NCBI GenBank assembly: GCA_041915365.1
Contig: JAYSBP010000009.1
Coordinates: forward strand, 4,182-68,181
Direction of reading: 5' to 3'
DNA from: Campylobacterales bacterium
GTDB lineage: Bacteria; Campylobacterota; Campylobacteria; Campylobacterales; UBA6016
Length of the DNA: 64,000 nt
Shown here: one piece after another, positions 11,188 to 18,412 of the stretch
Layout: each line of letters opens with the position of its first letter
How positions within the stretch are numbered: position 1 is the first letter of the stretch
Translations under genes and position numbers: made by a program
Notes under the pieces: model-generated
Told to the model about the DNA's origin: nothing
Seen by the model: only the letters and a program-made list of their open reading frames with translations
The model's database searches: none

Positions 11188-12077
11188 GTCTTTTACTCTC
11201 TATCCTCGGCGTTTACTTTTTTGTCTCTCTTGGATTTGCGGCAAAACGTATGTTTGGCGAAATACACGAGCGCACTCTTGTTCTTTTATCTGTTTATTTT
11301 TTGCAACCGATTCTATCTTTTTGGGGAATTTTAGGTGCAAAAATAGATTTTTCGGCGCTTAGCGCACCTTTTGTTTATTTTGGCATTTCGCTGTTTGCCG
11401 CTATGTTTGGATTTTTTGTTTTTAGCCGTGTTTTTGCCGACAAAAAAGACGCAGTTATAGTAACGGCTGGAGGCATAATAGGAAATACCGGAAATCTAGG
11501 CATTCCACTACTTCTTGCGATGTTTGGAAAAACCGCCGTTCTTTATGCCGTCCTTATCAATGTAGCAAATATTTTTGTCCTTTACGTCGTCGGAGTTTTC
11601 TTGTATTCTCTTGGTAGCTATACGGCCAGAGATGCGATAAAAAATATCCTCTCGATGCCAGTCGTTTGGTCTACTTCCATCGCTATTTTGATGAACTATT
11701 TTGGGATTACACTTCCTGACGCTTTTAATCAGACTATAGAGATGGGAGCTTACACTTCTATGACTTTGCAGCTCATTATCTTTGGAGTGTTTCTTGGTGG
11801 ACTAGGTAGGTTTCGCCCTGACTTTAAGCTTATGGTTTGGGGGATGGGGTATAAATTTATGGCTGTTCCTCTTTTTGCGTTTTTGGTTTTGAGCTTTTTG
11901 AGTATTGACCCGTTCATTAAAAGCCTAATATTTTTGCAAGTATGTATGCCCCTTGCCGTAAACAATGTCAATTTAGCATCGTTGTACGGTTGCAAGCCAT
12001 ACACCGTAACCGCAAATATTCTAGCCAGTTCGCTTTTATTTGTCGGCTTAATCTTTATCTACAAGAGCATATTTTAA
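11184..12077 (+). CDS. AEC (auxin efflux carrier) family membrane transporter
   Basis: It is polytopic and hydrophobic over about 297 aa. The general layout resembles AEC/malonate-type permeases, but this call rests on sequence feel only. Confidence 0.55.
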   Translation: MSLLLSILGVYFFVSLGFAAKRMFGEIHERTLVLLSVYFLQPILSFWGILGAKIDFSALSAPFVYFGISLFAAMFGFFVFSRVFADKKDAVIVTAGGIIGNTGNLGIPLLLAMFGKTAVLYAVLINVANIFVLYVVGVFLYSLGSYTARDAIKNILSMPVVWSTSIAILMNYFGITLPDAFNQTIEMGAYTSMTLQLIIFGVFLGGLGRFRPDFKLMVWGMGYKFMAVPLFAFLVLSFLSIDPFIKSLIFLQVCMPLAVNNVNLASLYGCKPYTVTANILASSLLFVGLIFIYKSIF

Positions 12078-12106
12078 AATAGCGAAAACTTTATTTTGGA
12101 GAGACA

Positions 12107-12748
12107 ATGAAGCACTACATAAAAAAAATCTCGCAGGTGTCGGCTTTTGGCTCTATGGCTGTACTTGCGGCACTTGCTGTCAGCGGATGTTCCGAAAAGC
12201 CAAAAGAAGAGTCTGGCGGTGGTGTAGCCGAGGCGGCTAAAGCGCAAGGGCAATTTATGGTTATTCAAGAGGTCTCGGAGGGTAAGTACAAAGTCGTGGA
12301 GCAATATCCTGCTAACGGCCCAAGTCGTGCGATACTAAAAGACGTCAACGGTACGGAGAAGCTTCTTAGCGAGGCAGAGCTAAAAAAACTTGCCGAAGAT
12401 GAAGCAAAAAAAGTAGAAAACAACACCTCAAATCTAGCAAAAGCTCCAAATGAGCAGATGCACTCCGGTGGCATGAGCCTTGGAGAGACGATACTAGCCT
12501 CAGCGGCAGGTGCGCTCATAGGCGGTTACCTTGCCAATAAGCTGTTTAATAATCCAAATTTTCAGGCAAATCAGCGGATGAATACGCCAACACAAATGAG
12601 TCAGCCAGCCACGAAAACGCCGTCAAGCGCTACGGGTACTGCGGCAAAACCTCAAAGCGGTTACTTCAAACAATCACCTGTTCAATCTCCCGCTACACCA
12701 ACAGGTAGTCCTACAAGCTCTACATCCACTCAAAGTTACGGGAGCTAA
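12107..12748 (+). CDS. Lipoprotein (UPF0323-like) with an S/T/P-rich C-terminal tail
   Basis: It has a signal peptide ending in the lipobox LAVSGC. It lies next to a glutathionylspermidine-synthase-like gene, as in Campylobacter and Helicobacter. Confidence 0.6.
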   Translation: MKHYIKKISQVSAFGSMAVLAALAVSGCSEKPKEESGGGVAEAAKAQGQFMVIQEVSEGKYKVVEQYPANGPSRAILKDVNGTEKLLSEAELKKLAEDEAKKVENNTSNLAKAPNEQMHSGGMSLGETILASAAGALIGGYLANKLFNNPNFQANQRMNTPTQMSQPATKTPSSATGTAAKPQSGYFKQSPVQSPATPTGSPTSSTSTQSYGS

Positions 12749-12749
12749 G

Positions 12750-13931
12750 ATGATAAATTTGCAAAAAGTACAGCCGCTGCCAAAAGCGGCGCTTGAAGAG
12801 ATAGGTTTTTATTGGCATACGGATATAGACAATAGCGATTATGTGGCGGATAGTCTCGTCAAAATAAGCGAATCCGAGGCGGATGCCTACTACACGGCGG
12901 CAAACGAGATATATGATATGTATGTTGAAGCTGGGCAGTACGTCATAGACAACAATTTATTTCATGAGCTTGGCGTGCCTTTTAACCTTGTGGAGTTGAT
13001 CAAACTTTCATGGGAATCCGATGTTCATTGGCATTTGTACGGTAGATTTGATTTTGCGGGCGGGATTGACGGTAAGCAGATAAAGCTACTGGAGTTTAAT
13101 GCCGATACGCCGACCGCAGTTTTTGAGACCGGCGTTATTCAGTGGGCGCTTGCTAGAGAAAATGGGTTTGACACGGCCGCACAGTTTAACAATCTATATG
13201 AAGCACTCAAGGCAAACTTTAAACGTCTGGTGACGCTAGATGAAGATGTTAGCGATTTTGAACAAAATTATGACGGGTGGAGAATTTTGTTTTCGGCTGT
13301 ACGAGGAAACAAAGAAGAAGAAAATACGGTTAAATTTTTGCAGCAAGTAGCCCATGAGGCTGGTTGGGTGACCGGATTTACATATATGGACGAGGTTGGT
13401 TTTGACCCGCAACACGGAGTGTTTGATGAAGACGGCGAAAAGTACGAGTTTTGGTTCAAGCTATATCCATGGGAGGATATCGCCGTTAATGAGGGTGGGT
13501 TGCTTGCTCAGCTAACGGATATGGTCAAAAATCAATCGGCTATATTTTTGAATCCACCTTATGCGGCGATGTTTCACTCAAAAGGGATGCTTCCTATTTT
13601 GAAAAAACTTTTTCCGGATAGCCCTTATCTCCTTGACGCATCGTTCGAACCACTAGTAGGCAAAGCTTATGTTGAGAAAAAATGCTTCTCTAGGGAGGGT
13701 GAAAATGTCAAGATAGTAAATGCCGACGGCTCTGTGTCGGTGGAAAGTGGCGGTGCATACTCAAACCAAAAAAACATCTATCAAGAGTTTACGGAGCTTC
13801 CAAAAGACGATAGCGGGGCACACTATCAAGCGGGTGTATTTTTTGCGTATGAGGGTGCGGGACTTGGTTTTAGAAAAGGCGGGAAAATACTTGATAATAT
13901 GAGTAAATTCGTAGGCCACATAGTAGGCTAA
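12750..13931 (+). CDS. Glutathionylspermidine synthase family (ATP-grasp amidoligase) protein
   Basis: It has LLEFNADTPT and other ATP-grasp-like elements typical of GspS-like proteins. It sits 2 nt after the lipoprotein gene. Confidence 0.7.
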   Translation: MINLQKVQPLPKAALEEIGFYWHTDIDNSDYVADSLVKISESEADAYYTAANEIYDMYVEAGQYVIDNNLFHELGVPFNLVELIKLSWESDVHWHLYGRFDFAGGIDGKQIKLLEFNADTPTAVFETGVIQWALARENGFDTAAQFNNLYEALKANFKRLVTLDEDVSDFEQNYDGWRILFSAVRGNKEEENTVKFLQQVAHEAGWVTGFTYMDEVGFDPQHGVFDEDGEKYEFWFKLYPWEDIAVNEGGLLAQLTDMVKNQSAIFLNPPYAAMFHSKGMLPILKKLFPDSPYLLDASFEPLVGKAYVEKKCFSREGENVKIVNADGSVSVESGGAYSNQKNIYQEFTELPKDDSGAHYQAGVFFAYEGAGLGFRKGGKILDNMSKFVGHIVG

Positions 13932-13936
13932 AGCTC

Positions 13937-14215
13937 TTAAGATATTTGTTTTCTGGCTTTCGCCCCGTCTTCATTTTTGGCGAGCCAGACAAACACTTCC
14001 ACAACCGCTTTGTACAGTGCAGGCGGTATCTCTCTATCTATTTCTACGTTGAGTAAAGAGTCTGCCAAAAGCTCGTTTTTAAAGAGCGGCACACCGACTT
14101 CAGAGGCTTTGGCTATTATTTTTTCAGCTATTATCCCTTTGCCTTTTGCTATGACGGTCGGGACTTTGTCGCCCTCTTTTTCGTATTTTAGCGCTGCGGC
14201 TTTTGGGGTTAGCAT
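13937..14215 (-). CDS. FlhB C-terminal-domain-like protein (EscU/YscU/HrcU family fragment protein)
   Basis: The sequence AAALKYEKEGDKVPTVIAKGKG..A..I...A...GVP matches the soluble FlhB C-terminal domain. The product is 92 aa. Confidence 0.7.
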   Translation of the reverse strand: MLTPKAAALKYEKEGDKVPTVIAKGKGIIAEKIIAKASEVGVPLFKNELLADSLLNVEIDREIPPALYKAVVEVFVWLAKNEDGAKARKQIS

Positions 14216-14218
14216 CTG

Positions 14219-14827
14219 TTAGTATAGAGCCTGTATTTTTTCTACGTCATCCCACGATAGGGAATCTTTTTTTTTGAACATATGAGCTAGGTATCTAGCG
14301 AACATATCGGTCTCTACATTGACCTTGCGTCCGACTCTGTAATCTCCAAAGAGCGTGGTTTGAAGCGTGTGCGGTATGATGGTCAGGCGAAATCCGTCAT
14401 CCATACATTCATTGATGGTTAGGCTAACACCATCAATAGTTACGGAGCCTTTTGGCGGAAGTAGTGGCAAAAACTTCTCTGGAACTTTGATGTAGTAATC
14501 GTATGATTTTGAGCTTCTATCTATTCTAGTTATCTCGCCAACACAGTCCACATGTCCTTGCACCACATGTCCCTCAAACCTATCACCCATCTGCATTGCC
14601 GGCTCCATGTGGACTTTGCCCCTCAGATTTTCGGTGGCTAGTATCTTTTGGCTCTCGTGCGACAACTCAACCGAAAAACCGCCCCAAGCCACCTCGGTAA
14701 CGGTAAGGCACGCCCCATTTATGGCTATGCTGTCGCCTATTTTTGGTTTGTAATTTGATTTTAGCGTTAGCTTCTCGCCGCTAAAGCCTTTGACGTTTGC
14801 AAACTCTCTTATTAATCCCGTGAACAT
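14219..14827 (-). CDS. ribE: Riboflavin synthase alpha chain
   Basis: It starts MFTGLI and has duplicated lumazine-binding repeats (GDSIAINGACLTV and GSVTIDGVSLTI). Confidence 0.9.
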   Translation of the reverse strand: MFTGLIREFANVKGFSGEKLTLKSNYKPKIGDSIAINGACLTVTEVAWGGFSVELSHESQKILATENLRGKVHMEPAMQMGDRFEGHVVQGHVDCVGEITRIDRSSKSYDYYIKVPEKFLPLLPPKGSVTIDGVSLTINECMDDGFRLTIIPHTLQTTLFGDYRVGRKVNVETDMFARYLAHMFKKKDSLSWDDVEKIQALY

Positions 14828-14836
14828 TTTTGCCTT

Positions 14837-14862
14837 ATTTTTTGTTTTTATGATACCAAATC
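14837..14862. repeat. Left copy of an imperfect direct repeat of about 26 nt (14-nt perfect core TTTATGATACCAAA)
   Basis: The core at 14847-14860 is identical to 16089-16102. On the minus strand it reads tTGgTATCATAAA, an extended -10-like element in front of ribE. Confidence 0.7.
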
Positions 14863-15128
14863 TACTCGTAATGCGTCCACATTCTAATTACCTTCACGGT
14901 TTTACTCTCTTCCAACACCTCGTACACTAGCCTATGTTGGATGTTGATTCGCCTAGAGTATGCCCCACTCAAGTCTCCCAGTAGTTTTTCATATGGCGGA
15001 GGGTTTTGGTATGGATTGTTTTCTATGATTGCGAGCAACTCTTTTGCTTTGCCTGCTAGATTTGATGCAGTTAGCTTTTTTGCATCTTTTTCGGCTTGTT
15101 TTGTGTAGACTAGGCGATATTTCACCAT
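14862..15128 (-). CDS. yoeB: Type II toxin YoeB/Txe family
   Basis: The 88-aa product ends ...RRINIQHRLVYEV...VIRMWTHYE, the YoeB signature. It overlaps the upstream antitoxin as ATGGTGA. Confidence 0.85.
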   Translation of the reverse strand: MVKYRLVYTKQAEKDAKKLTASNLAGKAKELLAIIENNPYQNPPPYEKLLGDLSGAYSRRINIQHRLVYEVLEESKTVKVIRMWTHYE

Positions 15129-15367
15129 TCTATTTTATCGCTACACTCTTCAAGCGACGTATTTAGCCCGTCTACTATAGATGCCTTTAGGGCAGGATTT
15201 GAACTTAGATAGAAAGTCTCCTGAATAGCGTTGTAGTCGTCTTCGCTTATCATTACGACGTTATTTCTCTTGCCTGTGATTAGGATTGGTTGATGCGTAG
15301 CGGCGGTTTCATCAATAAGACTAAAAATATTCTCCCTAGCCTTTGAAGCGCTCATAACTTTTGTCAT
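15122..15367 (-). CDS. yefM: Type II antitoxin YefM/Phd family
   Basis: MTKVMSASKARENIFSLIDE...PILITGKRNNVVMISEDDYNAIQET resembles YefM/Axe. I chose ATG 15367, which has a GGAG 8 nt upstream, over the longer ORF that starts at 15403. Confidence 0.8.
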   Translation of the reverse strand: MTKVMSASKARENIFSLIDETAATHQPILITGKRNNVVMISEDDYNAIQETFYLSSNPALKASIVDGLNTSLEECSDKIEW

Positions 15368-15394
15368 TTTATAGCTCCATTCTAAATATTTTGG

Positions 15395-15423
15395 ATTGTA
15401 CAAAAAAGCGTACGCTTTGTCAA
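15395..15423 (-). promoter_or_regulatory. Sigma70-type promoter with putative YefM operator
   Basis: On the minus strand TTGACA is followed by a 17-nt spacer and then TACAAT. The spacer contains the perfect palindrome AAGCGTACGCTT, and a TGTACA core overlaps the -10. Confidence 0.55.
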
Positions 15424-15433
15424 TGAACTCTAC

Positions 15434-15502
15434 ATGGGGCGAAAAAACTCGCTAGATTTAGTACTCTAGCACGGCAGCGATTTTGTAAATGTGTTCGAGG
15501 TT
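15434..15502 (-). pseudogene. 3'-terminal remnant of an XRE-family HTH gene (last 14 codons plus 3' flank)
   Basis: It is about 80% identical by eye to 16132-16199, the 3' end of the intact XRE gene. It translates to NLEHIYKIAAVLEY* compared with NLEHLYKIAAVLEC.... Homology ends exactly at the toxin stop codon. Confidence 0.7.
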
Positions 15503-15851
15503 ATTTGTCGGTATCAGTATTTGTTTTTATAGTTTTTATGATTTCAAAGATTTCTATCTTTTCTTTGAGGCTTAGCTCTTCGGTATTGCTTTTTGAGTAG
15601 AGTCTTAATAGGTATATTTTTGTCTCAAAACAAAAATAATAATAAACTCTATAGCCGCCGCTTTTGCCTTTGCCCAATCCAGCCATTCTTATTTTCTGGG
15701 CGCCGCTTGTGCCTGTGACCATATCGCCTTTCGTGTGCTCAAAAGAATTTATAAAATCGGCAAACTCATCGTCTAGCTTTTGATTTTTCTTTTTTGCCTC
15801 TTTGTAGTCTTTCTTGAATTTATCCAAAAAAGCAAATTCGTATTTAGTCAT
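15501..15851 (-). CDS. RelE/ParE-superfamily toxin (the GKSGGYRV type that is usually followed by an HTH antitoxin)
   Basis: The 116-aa product contains GAQKIRMAGLGKGKSGGYRVYYYF...IYLLRLYSKSNTEELS, the hallmark of this RelE-like subfamily. Confidence 0.7.
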   Translation of the reverse strand: MTKYEFAFLDKFKKDYKEAKKKNQKLDDEFADFINSFEHTKGDMVTGTSGAQKIRMAGLGKGKSGGYRVYYYFCFETKIYLLRLYSKSNTEELSLKEKIEIFEIIKTIKTNTDTDK

Positions 15852-16068
15852 TCAGCGATTTTATTAAGCTATTTGTGTCACTGTGAAATCTTACGGCTTT
15901 GTTTTTTATGTCGGTTAGCGATTTTTGATGCAATTTGTCGGACTTTATATCGCTTAGTATAGACATCAAATCAAGGCTAACGGCATTTTCCAAAAAATCC
16001 CTGATGTTTTCTGATGTTTTGAAATACTGCTCAACTGGCTGGTCGTTTATTGCTAGCTGTATCATCAA
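15844..16068 (-). CDS. Small protein translationally coupled to the RelE-like toxin (candidate antitoxin or accessory component)
   Basis: This 74-aa ORF has a GGAGGG Shine-Dalgarno sequence 4 nt before the ATG, and its stop overlaps the toxin start by 8 nt. I recognise no motif in it. Confidence 0.45.
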   Translation of the reverse strand: MMIQLAINDQPVEQYFKTSENIRDFLENAVSLDLMSILSDIKSDKLHQKSLTDIKNKAVRFHSDTNSLIKSLND

Positions 16069-16080
16069 ACCCTCCGTTTG

Positions 16081-16105
16081 ATTTTTTATTTATGATACCA
16101 AAATC
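16081..16105. repeat. Right copy of the imperfect direct repeat (core TTTATGATACCAAA)
   Basis: The core at 16089-16102 is identical to 14847-14860. On the minus strand it supplies tTGgTATCAT upstream of the 74-aa ORF and toxin operon. Confidence 0.7.
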
Positions 16106-16124
16106 GTAGTTATGTTGAAGTTGT

Positions 16125-16385
16125 TTACTGGATGGGGCGGAAAAACTCACAGATGTCGCACTCTAGTACGGCGGCGATTTTGTATAGGTGTTCGAGGTTG
16201 AAGTGTTTGTTGTTGTAATAGACTTCGGCGACTGAGATAGTGCCGACTCCGGTATGTCCTATGGCTAGACCTAGTTCTAGCTGGCTTACATTTTTTTCTT
16301 TGTGCAAGCGTTTGACATTTTGTCCGATAAGCCTATAAAACTCGGCTATTTGTTCACCGTCGAACTCTACTTCTTTTAATCCCAA
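16125..16385 (-). CDS. XRE-family helix-turn-helix transcriptional regulator
   Basis: The 86-aa product has an HTH_3-like core (NVSQLELGLAIGHTGVGTISVAE). It uses a TTG start and is divergent from the lipoprotein genes. Confidence 0.75.
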   Translation of the reverse strand: MGLKEVEFDGEQIAEFYRLIGQNVKRLHKEKNVSQLELGLAIGHTGVGTISVAEVYYNNKHFNLEHLYKIAAVLECDICEFFRPIQ

Positions 16386-16390
16386 AACTT

Positions 16391-16457
16391 ACCATAGTCG
16401 TTATTTTATGATTAAGTTTAGTTTGTTAGAATATTTTTAACAACAGACTATGGTCTG
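16391..16457. promoter_or_regulatory. Inverted repeats in the divergent XRE/lipoprotein intergenic region
   Basis: ACCATAGTC (16391-16399) pairs with GACTATGGT (16446-16454). There is also a local palindrome CAGAC-TATG-GTCTG at 16444-16457. Confidence 0.4.
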
Positions 16458-16519
16458 TGTAGATATATTTTCTAGTGTAAAAGAAATCATGATAGCAAAT
16501 AAACAGGAGGTACTGATAT

Positions 16520-17134
16520 ATGAAAAAATACTTATTTTTGGCTACTTTTGCAATTTTTATGTTTAGTGGATGTGCTGAAAAAGTACCACAGCTAAGCAGG
16601 GATGAGTGGATTAAAACTACGACTCGAATATACGATAAAACACCAGATGAAATACTAAATGCGTCTGAAAAACTATTTAAACTTGCAGATGGAGATGATT
16701 TTAAATTTCAGCACACAGAAACATCTCTTATGGCATCCAGAAGTTGGTCTATATATCTAGTTTTGGCAGCGAGTATGGGGACTGATAGCTGGCAAGTTCA
16801 AACTTCAAAGATGCCAGATGGGAAAACTAAAGTGTCTATTCAGGCGACAACGATAGCTGGAGCTATTTTGCCGATGGCAACCACAAATAGCCAAACATAC
16901 TCTGTAGGTACTACTCCGACGCTCGGAGGAGAGCCAATACCAGGGACGGCACTGTATGACTTATTTTTTAGTAGACTTGAATATTTAATGGGGCTAAAAA
17001 AAGAGTGGATGACATGCGATATGGCAGATAAAAAGCTAGACGAGCATATTACCACTGGATATATAGCAAATCTGTGCAACGCTTTTAATGTTAAAGACGA
17101 TTTGCCTGAAGAATTGCGTATGGTACAAAAATGA
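16520..17134 (+). CDS. Hypothetical lipoprotein
   Basis: It has a signal peptide with the lipobox MFSGC and an AGGAGG Shine-Dalgarno sequence. No catalytic motif was recognised. Confidence 0.6.
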   Translation: MKKYLFLATFAIFMFSGCAEKVPQLSRDEWIKTTTRIYDKTPDEILNASEKLFKLADGDDFKFQHTETSLMASRSWSIYLVLAASMGTDSWQVQTSKMPDGKTKVSIQATTIAGAILPMATTNSQTYSVGTTPTLGGEPIPGTALYDLFFSRLEYLMGLKKEWMTCDMADKKLDEHITTGYIANLCNAFNVKDDLPEELRMVQK

Positions 17135-17580
17135 AAAAAGCGTTAATAAATAGATTAATCTGCGTTAGGCGTCAATATGAAAAAAACTTACTATTTAGCA
17201 TTTTCTTGGTTTTTATGCTTGTAGGATGCGCTATACAGCCAACGCCAGAGGAGTTATATTCGTGCAGGAGTAAAATTGGGGATTATGTGGGGCATGACGA
17301 GGCTGAGTCAATAGTTAAAGATTGGTTTAGATATAGGCTCAAAGACCCATATAGTGCAGACTATAACATAGGGCAGCCCCAAGAAGGCTATATGAAGGAT
17401 GCAATAATATTTGGAGGCAGATTGCATTGTGGATATGTAGTGGATGTGTCAGTAAATGCAAAAAATAGCTATGGTGGATATACAGGTTTTCAAAATTACA
17501 AATTCATAATCAGTCAAAAAAGAATTGAAGTGGTCTATAAACAAGACCTGCAATATGGTACTTTTCTACCAGTTTATTAG
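17131..17580 (+). CDS. Hypothetical small lipoprotein
   Basis: It has a hydrophobic segment ending MLVGC, followed by LKDPYSA...VNAKNSYGGYTG, a pattern seen in small proteobacterial lipoproteins. It overlaps the upstream gene by 4 nt. Confidence 0.5.
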   Translation: MKKALINRLICVRRQYEKNLLFSIFLVFMLVGCAIQPTPEELYSCRSKIGDYVGHDEAESIVKDWFRYRLKDPYSADYNIGQPQEGYMKDAIIFGGRLHCGYVVDVSVNAKNSYGGYTGFQNYKFIISQKRIEVVYKQDLQYGTFLPVY

Positions 17581-17627
17581 AAAGTATAGGATCTGTATAA
17601 CTGTGCCACGATGAAGCAAATCGTAAC

Positions 17628-17673
17628 AACTCCGAAATGAAGACGGACTAACATCTCCAAAAATTTCGGAGTT
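17628..17673 (+). promoter_or_regulatory. 11-bp perfect inverted repeat that includes the RBS of the phosphatase gene
   Basis: AACTCCGAAAT (17628-17638) pairs with ATTTCGGAGTT (17663-17673). The right arm contains GGAG 6 nt before ATG 17678. No T-run follows the repeat. Confidence 0.45.
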
Positions 17674-17677
17674 TACG

Positions 17678-18367
17678 ATGTTTTCAAAAATACAAAAACT
17701 ACTTTTAGTTCTTCTACTCTCCTCACTTCCACTATTTGCCGACCAATACTACATAGACAAAAACGCAGTAAATTTGATGGAGTTGCTTGCCCCGCCGCCA
17801 AAGTCCGGTTCTTTGGAGGATAAAGAGGATTTAAAAGGGGTGTTAAAAGCGCAAAGCAAAAGGACAAAAGCTCTCGGCGATAGAGCTTTGGCGGATGCCG
17901 AGCTAAGCGTATTTCGTTTTGCGGATGTGATGGGAGCTGATTTTACCCCCGATAAGCTTCCACTTACGGCGGCGCTTTTTGACAATCTAAAGCTTGACGG
18001 TGACGAGATAGTCCGAAATGTCAAAAATGCCTACAAACGTCCTAGGCCTTTTATGGCAAGTGGCGCTATCCATTCGTTAAAGCCAGAGACAAAAGGCGGC
18101 TCATATCCTAGTGGGCATACTACATTTGCCTACGAGTGCGCCGTAATACTTTCAAAGATGGTTCCTGAAAAAAAATACGAAATTTTTATGAGGGCCGAGG
18201 AGTATGGCTACAATAGAGTAGTGCTCGGCGTGCATTATCCGAGCGACATTATGGCGGGACGTATAGGCGGGACGCTATTGGCAAACGAGTTTTTGAAAAG
18301 CGAAAAATTTATGGTCGATTTTGAAGCGGCAAAGGCTGAGCTTAGAGGTGCTTTAAATATACAATAA
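17678..18367 (+). CDS. Class A acid phosphatase / PAP2 family, secreted
   Basis: It has a signal peptide and the PAP2 motifs KRPRPF, PSGH and GVHYPSD. Confidence 0.8.
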   Translation: MFSKIQKLLLVLLLSSLPLFADQYYIDKNAVNLMELLAPPPKSGSLEDKEDLKGVLKAQSKRTKALGDRALADAELSVFRFADVMGADFTPDKLPLTAALFDNLKLDGDEIVRNVKNAYKRPRPFMASGAIHSLKPETKGGSYPSGHTTFAYECAVILSKMVPEKKYEIFMRAEEYGYNRVVLGVHYPSDIMAGRIGGTLLANEFLKSEKFMVDFEAAKAELRGALNIQ

Positions 18368-18412
18368 TTTCTGCCTGCAAGGCTAGCTTTAGTGCCATAG
18401 CGGCTGGCGTAG

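Noticed and set aside
14267-14275. A T9 run (A9 on the coding strand) inside ribE, and several A/T runs of 8 nt elsewhere (for example 47413-47420 and 56731-56738).
   Set aside because: A/T homopolymers of this length are common in AT-rich coding DNA, where they encode Lys or Phe codons. They are far less slippage-prone than G tracts and there is no evidence of frame disruption.
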